Source: Gemmatimonadaceae bacterium
GTDB lineage: Bacteria > Gemmatimonadota > Gemmatimonadetes > Gemmatimonadales > Gemmatimonadaceae
Length of the DNA: 17,566 nt
Direction of reading: 5' to 3'
Assembly (NCBI GenBank): GCA_033763905.1
Contig: JANRJP010000113.1
Location: 1 to 17,566 of the forward strand
Made by a program: the position numbers and the translations under genes. Below, piece by piece: positions 7,292-14,938 of the stretch; positions within the stretch are counted from its first letter, which is position 1, and the number at the start of each line of letters is the position of its first letter. The notes beneath the pieces are model-generated. The model had not been told where the DNA came from, did not search any database, and was given only the letters and a program-made list of their open reading frames with translations.

Positions 7292-7331
7292 GAATGCGCC
7301 CCCCGGTAGGGGGCTACCGGGGGGCGCATTC
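7292..7331. terminator. Perfect 18-bp hairpin downstream of purH
   Basis: GAATGCGCCCCCCGGTAG-GGGG-CTACCGGGGGGCGCATTC; only a weak U-rich tail (CGCTATCTTT) on the minus strand. Confidence 0.55.
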
Positions 7332-7377
7332 ACCGCCGAAACCACACCGTGACCGGTGCGGCTCGGCTCGTCCCAGC

Positions 7378-8910
7378 TCAGTGCCGGAAGAGGCGCTGGC
7401 CGGTGAAGACCATCGTCATCCCGAACTCGTTCGCCGCCGCCACGACCTCGTCGTCGCGCACCGACCCGCCGGGCTGAATGATCGCCGTCACCCCCGCCTT
7501 GGCCGCCTGCTCCACGCCATCGCGGAAAGGGAAGAAGGCGTCCGAGCCCAGCGCCGCGCCGTCGGTGTCGTGCCCTGCCAGCTGCGCCTTGTGTGCGGCC
7601 AGGTAGGACGCATCGACGCGGCTCATCTGCCCCGCGCCAATGCCAATGGTGGCGCCGTTGCGCGCCAGCACGATGGCGTTCGACTTCACGCTCGCCACCG
7701 CCCGCCACGCGAACGACAGATCCACCCACTCGGCCGACGTCGGCTGACGGGTGGTCTTCACCACCCAGCCCGCACGGTCCAGCGCCACCGGCACGCGCTC
7801 CTGGAGCAGCACGCCGCCGCGGACGCGCTTCACGTCCATCGCGCCCTTCGGCCAGCGCGCGCTGCCCTCGAGCACGCGGAGGTTCTTCTTTTTGCCCAGA
7901 ATCTCCACCGCGCCCGCCGAGAACGACGGCGCCGTGATGCACTCGACGAACAGCGACGAGACCGCTTCCGCCGTGGCGTCATCCACCGGCACGGTGAAGG
8001 CAATCACCGAGCCGAAGGCCGAGATGGGGTCGCAGGCCAGAGCCTTTTGGTAGGCCTCGAGGGCCGTCGCGCCGATCGCGAGGCCGCACGGAGTCGTGTG
8101 CTTGATGATCGCGCAGGCCGGCTCGCCGGCGAACGGATCCACGGCCAGCAGCGCGCCTTCCAGGTCCAGCAGGTTGTTGAACGAGAGTTCCTTGCCGCCC
8201 TTCTGTACCAGCCCGTCCAGTCCGGCGCCTTGGCCGTCCACGTAGAAGGCCGCGCGCTGGTCGGGATTCTCACCGTAGCGCAGCGCCTGACGGCGCTGGA
8301 ACGGCAACGACAGCTCGGGGGGGAAGGTCTCGCCCCGCTGATCGGCGAACCAGCGCGCAATCGCCGCGTCGTAGGACGCGGTGTGCGCGTAGGCCGTGCC
8401 GGCGAGTCGACGCTTAAGTGTCGTCTGATCGCCACCGGCGCGAATGGCCGTCAGCACCTCGGCGTAGTCGGCAGGATCCACGACCACGTACACCGCGGCG
8501 TGATTCTTCGCCGCGGAGCGCACCATCGAGGGGCCGCCGATGTCGATCTGCTCGACCACGTCGTCGTACTCGACGCCCGGCTTCGCCGCCGTCTCGCGGA
8601 AGGGATAGAGATTCACCGCCACGAGGTCGATCGGCGCGATGCCGTGCTCGGCGATGGCGGCCATATGCTCCGGCAGATCGCGACGCGCGAGCAGGCCGCC
8701 GTGCACGACGGGATGCAGCGTCTTCACGCGGCCGTCGAGCATCTCGGGAAACTTGGTGGCGTCAGCGACGTCGGTGACGGCGAGCCCCGCGGCGCGCAGC
8801 GCCTTGGACGTGCCACCGGTGGACAGCAGTTCCCAACCGAGCTCGGTGAGGGCACGGGCAAAGTCGGCGAGGCCGGTCTTGTCGGAAACAGAAAGCAGGG
8901 CGCGAGGCAT
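7378..8910 (-). CDS. purH: Bifunctional AICAR transformylase / IMP cyclohydrolase
   Basis: RALLSVSDKTG, GRVKTLHP, IDIGGPSM, LRYGENP, VKSNAI, GQMSRVD, SDAFFPF, IQPGGS and C-terminal RLFRH. Confidence 0.98.
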   Translation of the reverse strand: MPRALLSVSDKTGLADFARALTELGWELLSTGGTSKALRAAGLAVTDVADATKFPEMLDGRVKTLHPVVHGGLLARRDLPEHMAAIAEHGIAPIDLVAVNLYPFRETAAKPGVEYDDVVEQIDIGGPSMVRSAAKNHAAVYVVVDPADYAEVLTAIRAGGDQTTLKRRLAGTAYAHTASYDAAIARWFADQRGETFPPELSLPFQRRQALRYGENPDQRAAFYVDGQGAGLDGLVQKGGKELSFNNLLDLEGALLAVDPFAGEPACAIIKHTTPCGLAIGATALEAYQKALACDPISAFGSVIAFTVPVDDATAEAVSSLFVECITAPSFSAGAVEILGKKKNLRVLEGSARWPKGAMDVKRVRGGVLLQERVPVALDRAGWVVKTTRQPTSAEWVDLSFAWRAVASVKSNAIVLARNGATIGIGAGQMSRVDASYLAAHKAQLAGHDTDGAALGSDAFFPFRDGVEQAAKAGVTAIIQPGGSVRDDEVVAAANEFGMTMVFTGQRLFRH

Positions 8911-8925
8911 CGGGCGTCCGAACGG

Positions 8926-9558
8926 TTACGAGGAGAGGGAAGGCACTGCAGGAACGACCCCGTGCACGCGACCGTCGGGGCCCAACTCGACCACGCCCGT
9001 CGCGAGCGCGTGCACGGCGCGGGGGAACAACTGATGCTCGACGCCGAGCACCCGCTCGGCGAGTGAGACCGCCGTGTCATCCGGGCGCACAGGGACGGAG
9101 GCCTGCGCGAGGATGGGGCCGCGGTCGTAGACCTCGTCGACGAAGTGCACGGTCGCGCCGCTGGTGCTGGTCTTGGCGGCAATCACCGCCTCGTGCACGC
9201 GGCGCCCGTACATCCCGTGGCCCCCAAACGCCGGCAACAGCGAGGGATGCACGTTGAGCATCCGGCCGCGCCAGCGACGCGTCACCGCCTCGGGGATCAT
9301 CTTGAGATAGCCCGCGAGCGCGATGGTCCCCACGTCAGCGGCGTCGAGGACGGCGACGATGGCATTGCCGTCCGCGGGATCGGCGATCACGTGCGTCGCA
9401 ATGCCGCGCCGCGCAGCTTTGGCCACGGCACCAGCGTCGGGCTTGTTGCTCAGCACCAGCACGACCTGCGCTCCCCCGACGGCGTCGAGGTGTTGCAGCA
9501 GCGCCTCGAGGTTCGAGCCGCCGCCTGACGCAAACACGGCAATTCGGCTCGCCGTCAC
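8926..9558 (-). CDS. purN: Phosphoribosylglycinamide formyltransferase
   Basis: IAVFASGGGSNL, LAGYLK, NVHPSLLPAFGG, SGATVHFVDEVYDRGPI; adjacent to purH. Confidence 0.97.
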   Translation of the reverse strand: MTASRIAVFASGGGSNLEALLQHLDAVGGAQVVLVLSNKPDAGAVAKAARRGIATHVIADPADGNAIVAVLDAADVGTIALAGYLKMIPEAVTRRWRGRMLNVHPSLLPAFGGHGMYGRRVHEAVIAAKTSTSGATVHFVDEVYDRGPILAQASVPVRPDDTAVSLAERVLGVEHQLFPRAVHALATGVVELGPDGRVHGVVPAVPSLSS

Positions 9559-10124
9559 TTCGCCGGGGCTCCCGCGGTGACGAGGCTCGCGAGGAACCGA
9601 TCGACCGCCTCACCGAGCGTGTCGGCGACGGCAAAGCGCTCGCGCGCTTCGGTGACGTACGCCGGCTTCGTTCGGTCGGAGGGCACCAGCACACCCATCC
9701 CGCCGAACGCGGCGGCGGGGAGCACATCGGTCAGGCGGTCACCGACGAAGAGCGACCGCGCCGGATCGAGATCGAGCGCCGCCGCCGCCCGCTGGTAGTT
9801 GAGCAAGCCGGGCTTCCGGCACTCGCACGGCCCCGTGAAGTCGGGGTGATGCGGGCAGTGCTGCACCGCATCGATGTGTGCCCCTTCCGCCGCGAGTAGT
9901 TGCAACACTTTCTCACGCACCGATTCGTACTGCGCTTCGGTGAAGATGCCGCGCGCGATGCCGCCCTGATTGGTGACGATCACGACCGGCACGCCCGCAT
10001 CATTCAGTCGACGAATCGCCGCCGCTGCACCGGGGATAAGGGTGACGGTGTCGGGGTCGCGCACGTGATCGGTGTCGACGTTGATCGTTCCGTCGCGATC
10101 GAGATAGGCAGCGGGGCGGGGCAC
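9555..10124 (-). CDS. gmhB: HAD-IIIA hydrolase, D-glycero-D-manno-heptose-1,7-bisphosphate phosphatase-like
   Basis: LDRDGTIN, VTNQGGI, CPHHP...CECRKP zinc motif, VGDRLTD; 4-nt overlap with purN. Substrate is not provable from sequence. Confidence 0.8.
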   Translation of the reverse strand: MPRPAAYLDRDGTINVDTDHVRDPDTVTLIPGAAAAIRRLNDAGVPVVIVTNQGGIARGIFTEAQYESVREKVLQLLAAEGAHIDAVQHCPHHPDFTGPCECRKPGLLNYQRAAAALDLDPARSLFVGDRLTDVLPAAAFGGMGVLVPSDRTKPAYVTEARERFAVADTLGEAVDRFLASLVTAGAPAK

Positions 10125-10131
10125 GGCGAAT

Positions 10132-11400
10132 TCAGGGCGTGGCAGGGGGACGCGGCGCCGGCCGACGCGCGGGAGCGCGGCGGCGGGTGCTGTCGGTGGC
10201 GGTGGTGTCGCGTGCCGCCGGCGTCAGGAAGACGCGTTCCGATTTGCGGAACGCGCCGAGGAGCCCGGGAAGGCTGTCGGCCCGCACGACGTATCGCGTA
10301 CCCGGCGTGAGCGGCTCGGCCAGCTCGAGTACGAGATCCGAAATGGGGCTGGGGCGGCTGGGCTTAGGGGGCGGCGTGACGGAGTCGGACCGTGTCCCGC
10401 GCCGAGCGCCGGTATCGGCGCGGACCGGCAGCGGTACCGCAGGCGTCGCGGCGGCAGGGGGCTCGGCGCGCGCCAAGGCGTCGCTGGTGTCGGCGCGCTG
10501 CGCCTTGCGCTGTCGAGCGAGCGAGTCGTACGCCGCCACACTGAGGACGGCGCGAAGCGGCACGGCGGTGGAATCAGCCGTGGCGCGCACGATCGCAAAG
10601 AGTGACGGCCGCGGTGTGAACTCGGGCAGCAGCGGCTGATCAAAGGTGAGCTTGATCGTCTGGCTGTCGGAAATGGCAAACGCCGAGATGCGCGGCCCGA
10701 GCGTGTCGTGAACGAAGGTGAGCAGTTCGGCCGCCAGCGTGTCGCGCAGGGTCACCACTTGAGACGCCCACGCTTCGCGCGGTTCGCGCTTGCGATTGGT
10801 GTTCGCGTCGCTGACGGCCTGCAGGGTGTACTCACCCGGCGGCAGGTGGCGCATCGCGAATCGTCCGCTGGAGTCGGTGAGCGCCAGATACACGGTGGAG
10901 TCGGCGCGGCGGATCGCTTCTACGTAGCCCTTCGTGAGCGGGGTGCCCTTCACCCAATCAAAGGCGATGCCGCCCACACGCGTGTCGGGGATGTCCCCGC
11001 CCGTCGAGAAGACCACCGTGCGGCCGGTCTTCATCACGTTGCCGCGAAGATCGGTGAGCCCGGGAACCAGCGTGACGGTGTAGACCGCATTCGGCCGGAA
11101 GCCCTTGCTGGCGCGCACGTACAGTTGATCGCGGCTCCAGGCGACGGACGTCTCGCCACTGACGGGCGACACCAGCACGTTGGCGGCCAGCCCGGTGGGT
11201 CCGGTTCCCCGCTCGGCAATCACATCGTCAAACGTGAAGACCACGGCGCGCGGCAACACGTTCACCGTGCCGCTGTCAGGCGTGACCGACAGCAGTTTGG
11301 GAGGCTCGGTGTCGGGCGGTCCCCCCGGAGGGGGCATCGGCGACGCACAGCCGATTCCCCCTGCGGTGAGCCCCAACCACGCGAGCCGAACTAGCCGCAC
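10132..11400 (-). CDS. Ig-like (Big_5-type) domain lipoprotein, 422 aa
   Basis: Real gene is the 3' part of the 961-aa ORF: GTG at 11400 gives MRLVRLAWLGLTAGGIGC-ASPMPPPGGPPDTEPP, followed by Ig-like strands and a TDSSGRF...LPPGEY carboxypeptidase-regulatory-like domain; overlaps the valS end by 10 nt. Confidence 0.85.
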   Translation of the reverse strand: MRLVRLAWLGLTAGGIGCASPMPPPGGPPDTEPPKLLSVTPDSGTVNVLPRAVVFTFDDVIAERGTGPTGLAANVLVSPVSGETSVAWSRDQLYVRASKGFRPNAVYTVTLVPGLTDLRGNVMKTGRTVVFSTGGDIPDTRVGGIAFDWVKGTPLTKGYVEAIRRADSTVYLALTDSSGRFAMRHLPPGEYTLQAVSDANTNRKREPREAWASQVVTLRDTLAAELLTFVHDTLGPRISAFAISDSQTIKLTFDQPLLPEFTPRPSLFAIVRATADSTAVPLRAVLSVAAYDSLARQRKAQRADTSDALARAEPPAAATPAVPLPVRADTGARRGTRSDSVTPPPKPSRPSPISDLVLELAEPLTPGTRYVVRADSLPGLLGAFRKSERVFLTPAARDTTATDSTRRRAPARRPAPRPPATP

Positions 11401-14144
11401 AGCGACGCGACCTTCTTGCGCAGGGCCTCGGCTCGCGCGGTGTACTCGGCCTGCTTCGCGCGCTCGCCGTCGACGATCTCGGGCTTCGCTTTGGCGAGGA
11501 ACTTCTCGTTCGACAGTCGCGCGGCGAGTCCGGTGAGCTGCTGCTCCAACTGCACCAGCTCCTGCTGGAAGCGCGCGCACTCCTTGGCGACGTCGATCGT
11601 GCCGCCAAGGAGCAGGTGCAGTTCGGCACCGTCGGGCAGCAGCGCGTGCGCCGCGAGCTCTGACGGCTTGTCCGACCCGATCGTCAGCTCGAGTCGCGCC
11701 ATTCGGGCGATCATCTCGCGCTGTCCTTCGTAGGCCGCAGTCCGCGCGGGCGCGGCGGTGACCACCGCGCGCACCGGCGTGCCGGGCGGAATCGAGTACT
11801 CGGCGCGCAGTTCCCGCGCGAGCGTGATCGTTGCTCGTGCGGCCTCGAACGCGGCCGCGCGCTCGCCAACGCCGACACCCGCCGGCGTCGGCCACGCTGC
11901 GCGCGCGAGCCAGGTGCCGTCGACGTGGCCGGGCAACTTCTGCCAGAGGGATTCGGTAATGAACGGCATCACCGGGTGCAGCAGGCGCAAGGCGCCGTCG
12001 AAGGCGTGCGTCAACACCGCACGCGCGACCTCGCGGTCCGCGCCGGGCGTGGCCAAGCGACCCTTCACCGCTTCGAGGTACCAGTCCGCGAGTTCGTTCC
12101 ACACGAAGCGGCGGGCGGTCTCGGCGTACTCGTCGAGCCGCATCCCCTGCGTGCGTTGCGCGGTGGTCCAGTGATCGCCAGTCGGTCGCGCGGGCCCGAG
12201 CGCCACGTTGGCCGCAGCCACCGCCGCATCGAGCCGCTCGAGAATCCAGCAGTCCGCGGGCTGCAGCGAGGCGGCGTCCAGGTCTCGCACCGGACGCACG
12301 GTGTCCGTCCCCACCTGCTGCAGCAGGAAGCGGCCGATGTTCCAGAGCTTGGTTGCGAAGTTGCGGCCCGGCGCGAACGACGCGTCGAGGTCGGTCGGGT
12401 CGAAGCGCACGTCCACGCCCAGTCCCATCCCGGCGACGATCGTCCAACGCAATGCATCGGCGCCGTACTTCTCGACCACTTCGAGCGGGTCGATGCCGTT
12501 GCCGAGCGACTTGGACATCTTCCGGCCCTGTAAGTCGCGCGCGGTGCCGTGCAGCAGCACCGTGTGGAACGGCACGCGCCCGGTGAAGTACATCCCCGAC
12601 ATAATCATTCGCGAGACCCAGAAGAACAGGATCTCGGGTGCGGTCACGAGGACATCGGTGCCGTAGAACGCCTTGAGGTCCGGCGCGGGGTCGGCGGGCC
12701 AGCCGAGCGTGCTGATCGGCCAGAGCCACGACGAGAACCAGGTGTCGAGGACGTCTTCGTCCTGCCGGAGTGCGGTGCCGTTGCATTTCGGGCACGCGGT
12801 GGGGTTGTCGCGGAGCGCACTCGACCAGCCACAGGCATCGCAGTAGAACACCGGAATGCGGTGCCCCCACCAGAGCTGCCGCGAGATGTTCCAATCGCGG
12901 ATGTTCTCCATCCAGTGCACGTACACGCCTTCCCAGCGCTCCGGGAGTAGGCGAATGCGGCCATCGCGCACCGCCTGCAAGGCCGGCGCCGCCAACGGGG
13001 CCATCTTCACGAACCACTGGTCGCTCAGGCGCGGCTCGACCACCGTGTCGCAGCGGTAGCAGTGGCGCACGCTGTGCGCGTGCGGCTCGACCTTCTCGAG
13101 CGCGCCATCGGATTCGAGTTGCTGCACGATCGCCTTGCGCACCGCGAAGCGGTCGAGGCCGGCGAAGGCGGCCGGAATGCGCGCGGCATCGGCCGGGTCC
13201 ACGGCGCGCACAATGCCCTCGGCGTCGATCACCACCGGCATCGGCAGGCCCAGGCGCTTACCCGCGTCGAAGTCATTGGCGTCGTGCGCCGGCGTGAGCT
13301 TCACGGCGCCGGTGCCGAACTCCCGATCGACGAAACTGTCGGCCACGATGGGGATCTCGATCCCCACCACCGGCAGGCGGAGCTTCTGGCCGATCAGCCC
13401 CGCATAGCGCTCGTCGTCGGGATGCACCGCCACCGCCACGTCGCCCAGCATCGTCTCGGGCCGCGTGGTGGCCACGGTCAGCGCGCGGGACGGATCGCTC
13501 GCGAGCGGATAGCGGATGTGATACAGCTTGCCGTTGGTGTCGTGGAACTCGGCCTCTTCGTCACTCAACGACGTGAGGCAGCGGGGGCACCAGTGAATCA
13601 CCCGGTGTCCCTTGTACACGAGCCCGTCTTCCCAGAGGCGCACGAAGGTTTCACGCACCGCGCGCGAGAGCGACGGCGACAGGGTGTAGGCGGTGCGATC
13701 CCAGTCCGCCGAGGCACCGAGACCGCGCAGCTGCTGCAGAATCTGGCCGCCGGTTTCGCGCACGAACTGTTCGGTGCGGGCCACGAAGGGCTCGCGCCCC
13801 AGATCGAAGCGCGTCTTGCCCTCTTTGGCGATCAGCTTCTCGACCACGTTCTGCGTGGCAATGCCGGCGTGGTCGGTGCCCGGCATCCAGAGCGCTTCGT
13901 CGCCGGCCATCCGGCGCCAGCGGACGAGCACATCCTGCACCGTGTTGTTGAGCCCGTGCCCGACGTGCAGAATGGCGGTCACGTTCGGGGGGGGCATCAG
14001 CACCGTGAACGGATCGCGATCGCCACCAGCGCGCACGCTACGCGCGGCCTCGGCGCGGAACACGCCGGCCGACTCCCACGCCGCGTACAGGGCGCGTTCG
14101 GTGGCTTGCGGGTCGTACTGCGGGGGAAGTTCCTGAACCGTCAT
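11391..14144 (-). CDS. valS: Valine--tRNA ligase, 917 aa
   Basis: PPPNVT..LHVGH, PGTDHAGIATQ, ATTRPETMLGD, DWNISRQLWWGHRIP, KMSKS and a C-terminal coiled coil; ATG at 14144 (MTVQELPPQY). Confidence 0.98.
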   Translation of the reverse strand: MTVQELPPQYDPQATERALYAAWESAGVFRAEAARSVRAGGDRDPFTVLMPPPNVTAILHVGHGLNNTVQDVLVRWRRMAGDEALWMPGTDHAGIATQNVVEKLIAKEGKTRFDLGREPFVARTEQFVRETGGQILQQLRGLGASADWDRTAYTLSPSLSRAVRETFVRLWEDGLVYKGHRVIHWCPRCLTSLSDEEAEFHDTNGKLYHIRYPLASDPSRALTVATTRPETMLGDVAVAVHPDDERYAGLIGQKLRLPVVGIEIPIVADSFVDREFGTGAVKLTPAHDANDFDAGKRLGLPMPVVIDAEGIVRAVDPADAARIPAAFAGLDRFAVRKAIVQQLESDGALEKVEPHAHSVRHCYRCDTVVEPRLSDQWFVKMAPLAAPALQAVRDGRIRLLPERWEGVYVHWMENIRDWNISRQLWWGHRIPVFYCDACGWSSALRDNPTACPKCNGTALRQDEDVLDTWFSSWLWPISTLGWPADPAPDLKAFYGTDVLVTAPEILFFWVSRMIMSGMYFTGRVPFHTVLLHGTARDLQGRKMSKSLGNGIDPLEVVEKYGADALRWTIVAGMGLGVDVRFDPTDLDASFAPGRNFATKLWNIGRFLLQQVGTDTVRPVRDLDAASLQPADCWILERLDAAVAAANVALGPARPTGDHWTTAQRTQGMRLDEYAETARRFVWNELADWYLEAVKGRLATPGADREVARAVLTHAFDGALRLLHPVMPFITESLWQKLPGHVDGTWLARAAWPTPAGVGVGERAAAFEAARATITLARELRAEYSIPPGTPVRAVVTAAPARTAAYEGQREMIARMARLELTIGSDKPSELAAHALLPDGAELHLLLGGTIDVAKECARFQQELVQLEQQLTGLAARLSNEKFLAKAKPEIVDGERAKQAEYTARAEALRKKVASLCG

Positions 14145-14232
14145 AGCAAGAGTCCGGCGACCGCCGAGTCGGCCGGTCGGTGGAGAGAAAGGCAGTTGGC
14201 GAAGCGGCGACGCGATGACGCCGCGCGTGCCG

Positions 14233-14688
14233 TCAACGGGCGCCGACGGCGCGCCGTACCGAGAGTCGGCTGCGGACGTGCTGGACGCCCGGCGTGCCGC
14301 GCGCAATCGTCACCGCGTGTTCGAGCTCCTGTTCGCGGCGCACCCACCCCGTGAGCTCGACGACATCCGGGCCGGTGGCGGTGATGTCGACCGCCCGGTG
14401 CGCGAGCACCGGATCGTTCTCGAAGGCGGCCAGCACGCGATCCTCTAACGCGCCCCACGGCGAGTCGTCGTCGGCGTCCTCGTAGTCGTCTTCGTGGGCC
14501 GCGTGGGCGGCCTCCGGCAGCGTCCCTTCGTCGGCCAGCAGGTCGCGCAGGCGACGGCGCAGCCCGGCAATGCCGCCAGCGCGCGTGGCGAGCAGGTACC
14601 CCGCGGCCATCCCGCCGAGGGCCGCCGCAAGGACGTACAATCCGGTGTTGTCGTGAGCGTCGTCCTGGCGAGTGACAATGCGCGGCAT
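14233..14688 (-). CDS. Membrane-anchored BON-domain protein, 151 aa
   Basis: GGAG RBS; N-terminal TM (LYVLAAALGGMAAGYLLA), acidic linker, BON pattern VELTGWV...AVTIARGTPGVQHVRSRLSV. Confidence 0.88.
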   Translation of the reverse strand: MPRIVTRQDDAHDNTGLYVLAAALGGMAAGYLLATRAGGIAGLRRRLRDLLADEGTLPEAAHAAHEDDYEDADDDSPWGALEDRVLAAFENDPVLAHRAVDITATGPDVVELTGWVRREQELEHAVTIARGTPGVQHVRSRLSVRRAVGAR

Positions 14689-14769
14689 TCTGGCTCCGTG
14701 GCGGGTGCGACAAGCGGCCCATTAAGTTACCCAATCCCGCGCCTGTGTTCCACGAGCGGCCCCATCGAA

Positions 14770-14922
14770 ATGCCCGGACAATCCAAGCGCCGTCCCTCCG
14801 CCCTCGGGGCCGCCGGCCGCTCGCTGTTTGTCGCCGTCATCGTCGCCCTCGTGGTGGCGGGATCGGCCCTGTATCTCCGCTACGGTACGAGCGTCGAGCC
14901 GTTGCTCGGCGCCATTCGTTGA
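14770..14922 (+). CDS. Small single-pass membrane protein, 50 aa
   Basis: MPGQSKRRPSALGAAGRSLFVAVIVALVVAGSALYLRYGTSVEPLLGAIR: basic N-terminus plus ~19-aa hydrophobic helix; fills the gap before thrS and stops 16 nt before its start. Confidence 0.65.
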   Translation: MPGQSKRRPSALGAAGRSLFVAVIVALVVAGSALYLRYGTSVEPLLGAIR

Positions 14923-14938
14923 TCGCCCCGGACTTCCC

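Noticed and set aside
11401..13017. N-terminal 539 aa of the 961-aa ORF (apparent giant protein or frameshift)
   Set aside because: An alternative frame inside valS with Arg/Ala/Gly-rich junk composition; the true gene starts at 11400 with a signal peptide.
14145..14232. T-box or attenuator upstream of valS (and likewise upstream of thrS)
   Set aside because: Gaps are too short, with no T-box consensus, no terminator with U tract and no Val- or Thr-rich leader peptide.
1287..14354. Long antisense or overlapping ORFs (e.g. 1287-2918, 3079-4359, 5877-7289, 7294-9066, 13062-14354)
   Set aside because: Expected shadow ORFs of high-GC coding sequence; each overlaps a well-supported gene.
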